Below, one piece after another: positions 1 through 14,000 of a DNA stretch of 64,000 bases. The stretch covers positions 20,584,001 to 20,648,000 of the forward strand of contig CM119379.1 of NCBI GenBank assembly GCA_051294905.1, written 5' to 3'. Numbering within the stretch: the first letter of the stretch is position 1; each line of letters begins with the position of its first letter. Source of the stretch: Botryllus schlosseri. Its lineage: Eukaryota. Under the pieces are notes generated by a model. The model did not search any database and had not been told where the DNA came from. It saw only the letters and a list, made by a program, of their open reading frames with translations. The position numbers and the translations under genes are program-made.

Positions 1-31
1 TTTCGATGACGTTTGTTCCGATATTTTTCAG

Positions 32-2078
32 ATTATGTACAGATCAACACAGCAGTGTTAGAACCCATCCTGATTTTTCTTACGTCGGGGAAAATTTGGC
101 GACATTCTCATCCAATTGGCCACGCAACACTCTCGTGCGGGATGCAGTTAATTTATGGGTCAATGAGGTAAACTGACTAATTTGCAGAGGGAATTCTGAT
201 TCAAAGCACTGACTAGGCATGGGCATAGGCTAATTTTCTGTAGATATGCGGGTTCGCCGACGTCACAAAGTTGTGACGTCATGATGTGGCATAGTTGATG
301 AATGAGCTATATAAATGCCAAATATCTACTGCGTTTAATATAACCAATTACTCAAACACACGATACTATCAGCTGAGAAAAAAAAGGGGTTGAATAAAAT
401 GCTTTAAAATATTTTCCAATTTATCGAGTCGCATCCATTTATTGAGGTCAGGGGCATGCGTATAATGCCTATCATACATGGATAAGTGAAGTTTCTTGTG
501 TTGATGAACTTGCGTATATAATTTATGATGTATATAGTTCCGGTATACGCCGCACTTTCGCACGAATACTATAAGAACTCGAAGACAAACAAAGATGCTA
601 CTTCATTTGCACATCAGCTACTGGCGAGATGCGACGTGCCAATATACCGCGCTCATATCAAATTACAAACAAGCGCTCCATTTGCCGTACAAATGAACAC
701 ACATGTCAGCAGGATATATTCTAGAGAAAGAGAGAGAGATAATTTACCTGGTTCCACCAAAAAAAAAAAGAATTCAATGTTATAATTCAATGTAAAACCA
801 GGCTGTAGCGAAGTGATCGGTAGATCATCAAGTCAACTACAGCCTGAATGGACGCTTATGAAACTCAGTGCATAAAAATAACACATCCCTAAATTAAGCC
901 ATTCATTATGTAACAAAACAGAGGTAAATGAAATATACCTTCGTCCGGTTCTTAAGCGCATGGGGATTAGAGTACTGGTTCTCGAGTAGGGGTATTCAGT
1001 GAGATGAGTCGAGTGGTGTGGCTGCAGATGATGTTTTCCACTCTAGGAAACAAGCTCAATTCCAACCACTAGAAGCGAAGTTATTGCAGTAGAAAAATTT
1101 GGATTTGAATAAAGTAGTATTTACGGTGACTAACTCTTTTATTATTTATTATAAAATCATAGAATTATAAATTTTTCTACTGCAATAACTTTGCTTTTAG
1201 TGGTTGTAATTGAGCCAAATTTGGTGTGCATCATCTCTACCGACAGCCTAACAATTTTATGGGGTCGGCAGAAAAATTTTGAAATTATATTTTTTTTGTT
1301 TTTTAATGATAAATTCAAAACTTTCTACTGCACGAATCTCGCTTCTACTGGTTGGGATGGATCCAAAGTTGGTGAGCAGCGTTTTTTTCAACCAACCTAA
1401 CAATTTTATCATGTAGCCAGTGAAATCTGACAGAAATTTTTTTTTGAACACCCCTTGGTATGTATATCATGAGGCGGTGCATATGCCGCAAAAACATCAA
1501 GGACAAAAATAAACTACGTCCTTTCCTTTCCAATAAAGTTTGTCGAGCACAATGAGCTTTCCTTCATTCATTCATCATTCATTGGTTTATTAGCAATTTT
1601 ATCAGTTCAATACACCACAAAAATCCGATACAATGAAAGATAGGAAGGTGTCGAAGATGACTTGGAGTAGTCTATAAAATCGGACACCCACCTTGGCCTA
1701 CCTGTTATTGGAGAAGTTGAGAAAGCATTCAAATCGATTACGAAGGCGCATTTTACTTTTCAGATACACGATTACAACTACACTGCCGGGATCTGTTCAT
1801 CGTCAGTTGTGTGCGGGGAGTGTACCGACGTATGCGGACACTACACACAGGTCGTTTGGCACAATAGTTACGCCATAGGCTGCGGTATAGCCGATTGCGG
1901 AGGTGACATCCAGCTCGGTTGCCAGTATGGAGAAGGCGGGAATTATCAGTAAGCTTTGACTTTGTCCAAGGTACAGGGGATGCAGTGTGTTCTTTGCAGG
2001 GGTCAATATCCTTACCAACAAGGCACTCCATGCAGTAACTGTCCTGCTGATTTTACCGAGTGCGATAATAATATATGC
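32..2078 (+). CDS. CAP/SCP domain with Cys-rich hinge (exons 32-167, 1764-1948, start of 2000-2232)
   Basis: Translation: LCTDQHSSVRTHPDFSYVGENLATFSSNWPRNTLVRDAVNLWVNE | IHDYNYTAGICSSSVVCGECTDVCGHYTQVVWHNSYAIGCGIADCGGDIQLGCQYGEGGNYQ | GQYPYQQGTPCSNCPADFTECDNNIC. It contains the GENL, GHYTQVVW, GC..C.Y..GN and PY..G.PCS.C motifs. Confidence 0.95.
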
Positions 2079-5000
2079 GCGGAAGCAGGAGGTGTAACTT
2101 CACCTTCTACCCCGGAGCCATATGTCACAACGGATGCAGTCGATGCATACGAGACAACGTCGCCATCGGAAACAACGGCGACACCGGAATCAACAACGCC
2201 ACCAGAAACAACCCCCTCTGGAGAAACCACTGGTAGTTTGCTTTGAGAATCTTTTGAACTTGATGCCATTTGGCAGCAAGGAAGTGATGGTCCTTTAGTG
2301 AGAGCACTAGAACTATCGACCTTTATAAACCCACAACTAACATGAAACATAATTAACTAGATTGAGTTCTGAGGCAACTTAACAATGATAATACGGATTT
2401 CTAAATTGTAAATGAGCAAAGATATATTGGAGATGGAATCGGCATTTCAAAAGGATGGGGTTTCAAGTTTGAAAGTTTTAATCCTCAAAAATCCACTCCC
2501 TGGCCATGCCACTGTTAGCAGTGATGACTCTTGTGTTTTCTAATTTTTCGGTGACTAAACTTATTTCAAATGCGCAACTAGAACTAGATCTACTAAAAAC
2601 AATAGTTGGTTGACCATCAACTATCTAGAGGGGTAATTTGTACAAGTCTTGGTGAAGTCGATTGAACAAATGCCACTGCCTCTGTTGCTATGACTTTCCT
2701 ATGTTCCTAAACGGACTCGGGCATTTATTATAAACATATATCTGGCATTTAGAGTGACTATGGCATTACTAAGGCAAACACCTTTCATGGAGCTATAATA
2801 CACAAGTTAGATGTGTATTTTCCGTGGCAGTCCTTGGTTAAACGCGTGATTTTGCCTGATATTATTTTTGTAATGCAATCCGGCTATTGCTACACAATCT
2901 CACAAAACAATAACATAAAAGTGAACTAACCTTTTTCGAAATCCATTTCAGTTATTGAGCTTTCTACCTGCTTCACTCCGATCGTTACCAGCATATCCCC
3001 CCAATTTGGAACCGTAAACGATACCATACAAATCGAAGGTACTGTGGTTGTTTTTTTGCCGTGCAGTCTGTTATAGCCACGATTCACAGTTATAGCGTCT
3101 GACTTCATCCAACGAGTAGTTGCGATGTATTGCATGATTATAGCAGTAGTCACCGCTGGTGAAAAGAAATACTGGGTTTGTATTTGAATTAGGCTGTTCC
3201 TGAATTTTAGTGTTATTTTTTAAATCGGAAAATCAGTAATATTCATGCATGAAACCAGAATTGCATATTTTTTTATGTTGTCAAATCACCATTAGAGTAT
3301 TGTGGGTGATGCTTTCTTTAGGTTTGGATTTTTGACTTGGAAAATATCAAAATTTGAAATATCAGCAATGTCCTCTTTTGAAGGTGACAGATATTTATGG
3401 AATACGGTGGAGTTTTGACAAAGTCAAAAGGTTCCAATTCCTTTTTTGACTCAATTTAAGTCGAGTTATTTCAATTCGTCAACGACTGAATGCCAAGCAC
3501 ATTTTGTTGCCCAAAAATGATTTGTGTCAATTTTCAGGTTTCGTAAGGTTTCAGACAGATTTAGTCTGAAAATTCTGTAACATCGTCGTTTATATCACCT
3601 TACATTTAATTACTGATACATATATTTATGGGCTGTCAAAATATTGGATGTCACATTGATGTTATCAAGGTACTGGATTCGGAGACGACTCATGCCGAGT
3701 CACGGTTAGCATGGAAGGAGAAATTGACTGTGTGGTGACTTTTGCAAACGAAACTCTCATCCTATGCGAACCGTCACCAAACGCAGACTCCAGGATCCTG
3801 ACATCGTTGGAGGTAGTTTAAGACCAGCCTTGATCAATCTATGTTTGTGTGACTGTGATTTGTATTGCATTCTTTTTTAAGTCAACACGCATGATGTCTT
3901 ATACCTCTGCACTAGGTCGAGGTTGAAATTCTTGGATATGGATACGCTTTTATCGACATCGAAGAAGACAGTCTGAGACGATTCGCTCTCGTTCCGTCGT
4001 GGGATTCAATCCTTCCTAGTTCAGGGTCTATCGAAGGAGGAAACACCGTCTCTATAAATGGTATGTCACTACTTTTAGTCGTAGAAAAGGCTGAATCATA
4101 TTGTGGGGACATGGATTAATCCCGTGTGACTGCAGCTTCAAGAACTTTTACACCCTAATCCTCACACCGAAATACTTTTCTCTTCTAAAACAGAGTTAGT
4201 ATAATGCTTAGCTCCAATAACCCTACCACTGGCAACAGGACTTTGGAATTGATTCCCTATGTGAGCCGTGAACCTATGCTGTTAAATTCAGGTACTGGCT
4301 TCGTGATGGGCGATGTTGTTGTGGTCTTTGGCGGAGCAGAATGTGTGGTTACCCATCACAGCTATTTCTATATAGAATGTGTGACCTCAAAGGGGACTGA
4401 AGGAGTGCAAACGGTCAAGTAAGATAGAAACCAGCCCTGTGGACTTTTCTATTTTAATTTGTCTGGTGTGTAGACGGCAAAATAGTGACCTTATATCGAT
4501 TAATATATCAAGCTGAATTTTATCCAAATCAGATTCATAGTGTTATATGCGATGTACATTAGGGCTGTTCAAATAAACTTTTTTTCAAATTTTACTAGTT
4601 ACTTGTTGAGATTGTTAGGTTGCTTAGAAATCGCTGGGTATCAAATTTGGGTCAATTCCAACCTGTAGAAGAATTGTTTTGCAGAGTTTTGGCTTTCCGA
4701 AGTTATTTTTTATCAGCCCTAATGTACATCCACCAACGCACTTTTCATTTGGGTATGACATCTTCCCAGCTATTATCGAAATTTTCACAGTGTGCTTGTT
4801 GGCGAAAATCTTGCCGAATGCGACGCTTGCGAATATGAATACGCCGATGATATGACTCCTGACGTAACAACGATTGATCCGGTCGTGATCACGGCGGAGA
4901 ACACTCAGGTTCATTTTACCGGCTCGAAATTTCTTCCATCTGCACATATCTCTGCCGGTGAGACAGATTAAAATGCTATATGTGATACTGGCAAATGCAG

Positions 5001-8000
5001 ATAACATGCCTGTATGCTAATTTCTTCTACCATTTGGGATTTCAGGGGGCTACGAATGTCAAGTAGATTCGGAATCCGATACCAGTGTGAATTGCACTTT
5101 TCCTTCATTGCCGGCTGGCGATCATGAGATTGTGTTTCATGTACACGGAAAGGGATACGCACGTCTGTCAACGCTTACGATAACCGGGTGGGTGTTGGAT
5201 CATCAAACATTCGTACATATTCATGCCTTATCGTCAACATGGCTGCCGGTGATGTGCAACCGGGGTTCTGTGTACTAAATCGAGGGCGTGCAATCTTTTT
5301 GACAAGCAAGCCACTTATGAATATGGCTGCACATTGGGGGCCTTCAAAAATGACTTTTTTTCTCAAATTGTACTGTCTACTTGATAAAATTGTTAGGTTA
5401 CCTAATTTGAGCCTACACACCAAATTTGGTTCAATTCCAGCCAGTAGCCGCATTGCTACAGGAGAACAAAGTTTCTATTTATAATATAAAAATAAATTAA
5501 CAAAAATTTCAAAATTTTCTGTTCACCCCATGAAAGTGTTAGGTTGCCTAGATAGAAACGATGTTCACCAAATCTGGCTCAATTCCAACCAGTGGAGGCG
5601 GAGTTATTGCCATCGAAAAATTTGGATTTGAAGAAAATAGTATTTACGGTGGGCACACCTATAATAAATAATTAAAGAATGTTCAGCGTAAATACTATCT
5701 TATTGATGATCCAATTTATCCGACAGCAATAACTCCACTTCCACTGGTTGGAATTGAACCAAATCTGGTGAACATCGTTTCCATGGACAACCTAACACTT
5801 TCATGGGGTGAACAGAAAACTTTGAAATTTTTGTTGAATTATTTTTATATAATAAATAGAAACTTTGTTCTCCTGTAGCAATGCGGCTACTGGCTGGAAT
5901 TGAACAAAATTTGGTGTGTAGGCTTAAATAGTTAACACCACAAGATTGCGATAATATGAGTACATAGAAAGGAGTCGAAAAGACCTGAAATAGCCTTACA
6001 ATCACACAACCACCTTGGCTCAGAATATGTAAATAACAGGCCCGTACGCAGAATGACAAGTAACTGAAGATCTGATAAAAATGAAAAGTGATGAAAATTT
6101 CAAGTGGCATGCTGGTTTAACAATGGCAATTAGCGATAACAGATTATAGGTAACAGGATATAAATTACGTAAGATTATAGGTTATTATGAAGTACGTGCT
6201 TGTGTTGCCAATAAGCATATTCATAAGCATATTTGATTAAAAAAAAACAGCATTCATGACTGTTTCTTTGTTGCACAATATTAACTAACAACTCAAACCG
6301 AGGTATGATGTCTTTTCCCCAACTCAGTTCATCATGGATCGATGTGTGTGATTGAATCTTTCTGCCGATATTTGATTTCACACGAACAAGAAAAAACGTC
6401 ATTTCGCAAAAACACATTGTTGGTATTTGAATAATCATGGAAAGGTTTGGTACATTTAGAAGCTGCACCTGGAGATCAATTAAATCATCAATTTTTCCGT
6501 GGTAGGCCCTTAGTGTTGTAAATTTGTGATGCTCCCGCACATACCTTTTCATACTGGTAAACTCCATGTATAGTATGGCGCATCCCGGCACTGTCTCAAA
6601 GAGTCACGTCTAGGGCAAGATTTTGTTGCGGTCAAATCCGTGGAAACTTGCACTTATTTTTCACAAAAGTTGCAGTAAAAATATTTCCAGGTAAAAGATA
6701 GTTTCATGAAAAATCGAAAAAGTTGCAAAAAGTTGTATGAAAAAAAGGAGAAAAGTTGCAATGTAAGATTCCTCCAAGCAGCTTATAACAGCATACTACA
6801 TGACTTCAGAGTATTTAGGTAGCTACCGGAAGCCGTAAAAAAAGTTGCAAAAACTTGCCCTAGTCATGTCTTATCAAGATGAATCTTTCTTGGTGCATCG
6901 ACATATATTCGGAAAAATCTCATCGGAAATCACCATTAGGCTCACTAGCATCTTCCGTATATTCACATTGTGTAAAAATTCTCTTCTGGTCTACATCTCA
7001 GCAGCTGACCACCAAATTTTGTTCATTACAGATTGTTAACAGTGGACGGTTTGAATCCATCTGTTGGAAGCACGGCTGGCGGACTGAGCGTAGACGTGAC
7101 CGGGTATGGATTTAATACTGAAGACTTGAGCGTCACAGTTGATTCGATGGAAGCTGAAATTGTGGACGGTTCCGTTTCGAACACACAGGTTTCTATTATG
7201 TTTTCCTTTAAGAATTAGAGACAGGGTAGAATTCAGTTTGAATCAATGCAATGAATGCAGGGATTGTCGCTAACAAAGTATTTCTATTTTTTTGAAGTAC
7301 TAGAATAGATTTTGCCTCCTTGCGCTACTTACTCAAGTGGGGATGATTTTAGGCTACTTTTTACTTCTACTTGACAGTTTTCTGTTTTTTGAGCAAAACT
7401 AGGTGTGCAATATTTTTGCTTATTCGAAAATCGCTACATCTGCTTCAGTAGAAATTTATGAGATCGCTACGTTGACCACCTCTGGTTATCTTAGTTGAAA
7501 AACTGGAAAATTTTCAGCCTAGCCAGATTATACTAAGATTAGAATTACAGCTACACATATTTTCTAAATTAGGTTAAAATTAAAATTACTGAACTCACAA
7601 AAAATCTCCAAGTTTACTTGCTATGGCCTTGAGTCGAATTGATGAATTTAGTACGTTTTTCACGTTAGCTCATATGTTGGCTTAAAAAGTAAACATTTTC
7701 TCCAGCGGCCTTGTGCTGAATTCGGCATGACTTTTCCCCACATTGTAGCAATCTGGTTGAAAAGCTGTCACAGGCCCAACGAAATCGTGTGGCGAGCCTC
7801 ACTTTATCAGGGGATGGAATATCTACGGAAGGCATTTAAACATACAGTTAAAAATCCATAAAAATCATAAACTATAAAAATCTAAAAACCTTGTGAACCC
7901 AGTGTATCTTCCGATACAACCCTAAAGCGAGATTCCCCCCTAAAATGTTCAAAATTCCCCCGGTTGGGAACCACTGGCTTTGACTGTCTCGGAATGCTTA

Positions 8001-11000
8001 TTTTTATGTCAATCTTACTCATACAATTGCAAAGATTTACACGATCCTCTTAAACACATGCAGGTTGGCATGAGGCTGTAAAGATTTTCAAGTGTAATAA
8101 TTGTTTCCATCAGCTCACGTTCATTACGCCGCCGGGTGCCGCTGGGACACAGACCGTAATGGTATCGTCGTCGAATGGTCAATTTGCAGTCTCGTTGTTT
8201 GACTACTCAAGCGATATCACTCCCACCGTCACTGCTCTTAGTATTTCTGAAGGTATGTGGAGGATCGTTCATTCTTTCTGTAATATAGTTAGTAATTTTA
8301 TAAATTCAAAACACGATAATGTTGCAAGATGGGGCAAAGATAGAAAGGTGTCGAAAGGTCTTGAAGTAGTATTAATTGGACACCAACCTTGGCCCTGGAA
8401 ATGTAAATATGGAGCATGCACACTGAATGAGACGTAAAAGAAGATAAAATAATAGGACAAGCGACTGTTGCCCAGTTGTGACATACCTGATGTGTTTTCA
8501 TGTAATGCGTGCTGAACGTACGGTAGTTTGATGAGAATGACCGCGTGTGCTGCACTTGTGCGCTTTTGATTCCGAGGTGAAGAAGTCGACGAGTTTTGTG
8601 GGTATAAATATCTCGGGAATGGGACCTGAGACGTTTAAGGTGCATATTTTTAAACTGCTCGAAGCCCTCGCCACAACTTCATTTAAGGGACGAATCGTTT
8701 CAAGTTTTAGTGATGGTAAAGCATTATAATAGTGCCGGAAGAAGTTGGAAGAATATAATTATGTATACAATTTTTCCAGTTCTGCCATACATAGTTATCG
8801 TTGGGGGCCACAACGACAAAGTTATTGTCTGCATACTGCTGAATTGGTGACATTCTCCCTATTGTGTGTACATCTTCTGCCGCGACATTGAAAACGTATT
8901 GCTAAAATCAGTTCAATATAGAAATATATGCCCATGCACGATTTTAAGCTTTGATTATGGCATCCATAATTGGGTAGTGACTCGTGTGCTCTCCACCGAA
9001 TTCCACTACATCTGTGCCCATTATAAATATTTCTGAAATTATCATGGATATGCTTGCATTCATTTTTGTTATGTGACAGAAATAAATATGATTTTTTTTT
9101 ATATATAACGCCTTGCGTTATGACTTCCATGTATTTTTTGGTTCAGGATTTGTGGGCGATGCCATCACTCTCACTGGGACTCATCTTAACGGAACAGCGG
9201 TTGTGTTTTTTGGTGATGCGGAATGTGAGATCGCGTCTCAAAACGCTACTTCGATCACGTGCGATGTTACGGAACCTTCGTCAGGCGGTACTTACGAGCC
9301 GATGGTGTCAATTGTTGGCGTCGGATATGCCGAGACAAACGGTTTATCATTCACTTACATCATTGAAATCGTGTCCTTCTCTCCTACCGAAGGTAAAATA
9401 ATTACTGTGTCTATGTCATTGAAATACTATTTGATTAAGGAGCGTGGGTAATCGTTGAGTCTATTGCATAGGACTGCTTAATTTCAAATTATCTCCAACA
9501 TTGTGACACAATGAAGAGATATGAATTATGCTTCGGTGGTCAAAGTATCCTTGATAATTGAGTAGATGTAGATTGTTTGTTTGTTTGTTTGTACTATTCA
9601 TGGTGTTTGTCGACTACAATGGTCAATTACACCAGGCCGATTGTCTTTATTTTGATTCCGTAGTGTAGTACGGACCACCTCCAAACTGTGACGTGAAAGA
9701 AATATAGCATTCAAAAAGCGTTTTTTCAGTCAGGCTCGGAATTGAGTCACAGCTAGTAACGATCGATTGTTTCGTCTATTTGGATGTTTCGTTCTTCTTC
9801 ACGTTGCGATTCATGGCTCATTTGTCTGGTTTCATTTTCCAGGCAGTGTGGGTGGAGGCAATACTTTGACGGTTTCGGGAAGTGGATTTCATGTTGATAG
9901 CAACGTCTACGTCGGGCGTGGCATTTGTCACGTCACACAAGCCAATTACAACTCCATTGAATGTGAAATTGAACAAAGTAGGTGGAGGAATAGGAATAGG
10001 GCTCGACATATTTTTTCTGCATATATACCGACTCATGATATACATACACACGATCTGTGCATGTGAGTGCATGATGTGCAAACACTGCTGGATAAGAAAT
10101 ATGCTTATGCTCTTAAATTGCTCCGAAAGTCTTAAACTATTCATCAAACTTCACTATCACATCAATTGCAAACGCTACCATGCAGTGGAACATTCACTAT
10201 TTCGCCTCATTTCCAATTCATGATGACAAAACCGGACTCTTGGACGATTCTAAACTGAAATTTGTGAGTTGAACTTGGACGCAACCTTCTTAGAATTACT
10301 CAGACTCGGGCTAACTCGATGGCAAAATCAAAATGACTCGAGTGGACTTGAAGTGACTCGGAATGCCGTAAATTTGTTAGAACCATGGACGCAACAAACT
10401 AATCGCGTATCGGGGAAATAGTAATAGATCAGAAGGTCGCATCTTGGTATTTCGCTAACGAAGCAAGTATAGTTATGGCAACCATTGGCAATCTGTTAGT
10501 TATACATCTTTGGTCGCTAAACCATGTTATTAAGGCCACTTAAAGGTACCGAGTACTGAAGTGGTACGCTCCAACGATGTAACAGCAATGGGCCGTTCGT
10601 TGTTCCGACATTTCAATCACTAGGACACATTCATTCATACATTTATATTATATTTATATTTTTTTCTGCTCCTATATTTGAAGATATTTGGCCATGAGAT
10701 TAATAGCCTACTTATCAGAAGTATACCCGAATCCTGGATTGGAATTACAATGCTGAACTTGAAAATGTTTTGATATCAAATCAGTCTCTATTATCAATCT
10801 GTTGGATTCAAAATATTCATGGTAGCTGAAAATTATAACCCGATAGCTTTTATGATGGCATCATACATTTTCCATATGATCCATATGGTGTCTATATCTT
10901 ATAGTTAATATATATCAAGTACAACAACAATTCTATTCAAATAGTTATAAATGTGATGATACTTTTCGTGCCAGGCCTAAATTGATGCAAACGTAAATCA

Positions 11001-14000
11001 CATTTTGTGTGTTTACAGTCAGTCTGCTGGATCGGCTCACTTTCAACAGGAAAATTCATTCCCGCCAAATAAGGCCTACTTGGAAGACATAGAATACCCT
11101 TATAAATGCTGCGGCCCGCGGCGTCGTCAAAACTGGAAAACTGGCCCGCAAGCACATTTGAGTTTGAGACCTCTGCTGTAGATCATTATCAAGACCATTC
11201 AACTTTTTATTTGGCAGTGCTGTAACATTATTTGCGCTCGACCGTTGTGAGATCCATTCAATATCCCTAATACAAGTGCTAGTGTCGTGGGGCTGCTGAT
11301 TTTTGTAGCGGCGGCAATCAATCAACAAGATGATGAAATCTTAAACATTTTTGATCAGCGCCATCACTCTCAATGAGAGAAGACCCGGTGACCTCACACG
11401 AAGTTGACATTGGCGGCGACGGTGTCACAGTGTTTCAGTCCGACCCATACGATTTTCATTGGACACTGGGCCAAGCAGCTGAACACTGCACCGTAAGCTC
11501 ATTCCATTATTGATATTTCATATGTCAACTGACGTGGTGTCTCATTCCTCCATTTCTAGGATTGTGATGACCAGTGGACTGGATTGCCTACGGCTAGCGG
11601 CGATGAAGCGTTACAATCACCCGATGGTTATTTGACTGAATCTATGGGGTCTGTGTCAATCTACACGCCTCAGTTTATATCGCCAAGTGAGTAGGAAAGT
11701 TTGTTGCTGCCTCACAGTCGGAGGTGACATCAGACTGTTATGAATTGATGGAGTTATTGCTGTCTATGACTTGCTGTGTTCAACTCTTTTGAAGGCTATG
11801 TGTGTCTCGGAAACCTACTGCTGGACCAAGATCCACCTGAAAATTTTGCTTGCGTGCACCATATGCTGGTCGAAGAGACTAGCCCTACCCTGTTCGCAAA
11901 CGTGGGCTCACTTTACATGTGGAAGGCGGGTGGCACCCCATTTACTATGTTCACGACTACGGCAGATCCACCGACTATGTACAAGCTCAAAGGTATGTAA
12001 AAAGTGCAGTACTTCATGAATACTCAGAGCGGGTGAAATACTCAAAGCAGTCTGCGTTGCTACTTTAGTAGAAGTAAAAGTATGACTAAAATTTAACTCA
12101 ATTACAAGTAGAAGTAGCATTTTGAGAAATATGTCAAAATACTTCTAGTAAAAGTAGAAAATAAGTTCTTAAAAGTACTTGAGCATTTAGTTTAAAAAAT
12201 AGATTTGGTCTAAGAATCTCATATTTTTAACAGTTCATTTGAGGTGGTTACTTTCAAAATTGCATGCCAGTGAACTCGTGATCACAATGTGCAATGAATT
12301 AGGTGTGGTTCAAAAATAGCAAATATTCTTCAATGTGATGTGGAAGTGGCATTATATATTCTTTGTAGTCGCATAAAAGGTAGATATTTGAAGTTTTCAC
12401 GTCATTCGTACTGCTGTGAAGTCATAATGTGTGATGCTCGACTCAAAGCTTGATACTTGATTAAGAATTGTATCTTTCAGCTTCTCGAAATTCCCAGACC
12501 TAATAATAGGATGTGTGAAACGCAGGTAAAGTCAGTTCACAATTACAACCCCTCTTTTATTTGCCGCTCCGTGTGCTAATTCTCTCTGAATATTTGATGC
12601 AAATTCTTTCAGACCTATCGCAACCGATTGCCGACATTTCCGTTCCTGTAAAAGTAAAACTCTTCAACGACGATTGGGAGGAGCTGTATTCTGTGACGTC
12701 ACCAAGCAACTATACCTTCACAGTTGCTTTGACGCCGGTGGTTAGCTCTGTGTCGCCGGCGCGCGGCGGCACAGGGGGCGGTACCCTTGTCACTATTGGC
12801 GGATCTGATTTCTCGGATACTATGAGTGAAGTAAGAGTTGCATGTAATGTACTGATACAGAAAATCATTTTCAACCTCAGATCGTACATGTTGGAAATAG
12901 TGTTGGGACGACTCGTGTCATGAATTGACTTGAGTTACCTCCAAAAATCTGGTGATTTGACATATCCAGTCACATTAACAAATCTAAAGACCTGTCTTGA
13001 CTCGAGTCAAAAATATGCAATGATTCCTTATGACTTGTGACTCGAAACTAGTGACTTGTTCCCAGCACTGGCTTGCAATGATTCTAGTGCAGACCTACCG
13101 TGTTATCATGGAATTCACGTTATTCGCCATGCATTTTTCTGACCGTGTCAGAAATGTCTGATTGAATCTAATGAAATATGACAAAGTATACGGTCAGTTA
13201 TTTCATCGCTTGTTAGCCAGCAGCCATATTGATTGAAAATACCGCTCCTAATCTGGCCGTTAAGTACATAGTTTCATTCACCGGAAGATTTACAACACTA
13301 GAGAAGTAGTATTATCCAATCATTTTGCAACCTTTCTCAATACGTCCTCTACATTTACAATTAACATACTTTCTTTCATTAGGACATCGTCGTAGAATAT
13401 TTAAGAAAATTGTTGTACTTTAAAGCCACATATTACCTCTATATAAGAAAACTTTGTTGAGAACCAACTTTTCGTGTACTCAAATAGACGGGCTAAATAT
13501 GTCAGTTGAAATCTAAGCCTTTTCACAAGTTCGGGAGATATAGTCTGGTAACCTTGTTTGTTGTATTACGCTTGACAGAACACTGTTAGCATCAATGGAG
13601 TCGATTGCGTTGTGCAAACGGCCAGCAACACGGAGATTACGTGTATAACTGGACCCAGTAATGGATCTGTCAAGGCATCGGTGACTGTCAACGTTCTAGG
13701 CGCTGGGCAGTCTTTGGGTGTTGAGTCTCAATTTTTCTATGTCGGTGAGTGTATATGTAATGACTCTTATAGATGTGCAGAATTTTTAGTGTACCTTACT
13801 GTTGTTGTTGCAGAACCCAAAATATTTATCCACTGGTCTAGCTGTGAGACTATTCGCATGGTGATTGCGTCTTCTGTGTTTTAATCTGAAGTTTGTTTGT
13901 ATCTAGGACATCAACAAAATGGTACACTAAAATACCAGGTTTACACTTGCCTAAAAGAGGAGTGCAGTCTATGACGCCCCTAGCAGTTCCGGCACCTTAC

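Noticed and set aside
2926-3153. Minus-strand 75-aa ORF with a protein-like appearance
   Set aside because: It is the antisense of the IPT exon 2952-3038. Several other ORF-track entries (1753-2031, 2012-2350, 14413-14685, 18529-18750, 38839-39105, 43433-43909) are likewise antisense shadows of exons.
6175-6591. Minus-strand 138-aa ORF in the 5188-7031 intron
   Set aside because: No family motif recognised; it sits among repeats and is probably non-coding transposon sequence.
11717-11745. Alternative acceptor ctcacag inside the 11687-11794 intron
   Set aside because: The phase-compatible frame reaches TGA after 8 codons; the acceptor at 11794 gives the open exon.
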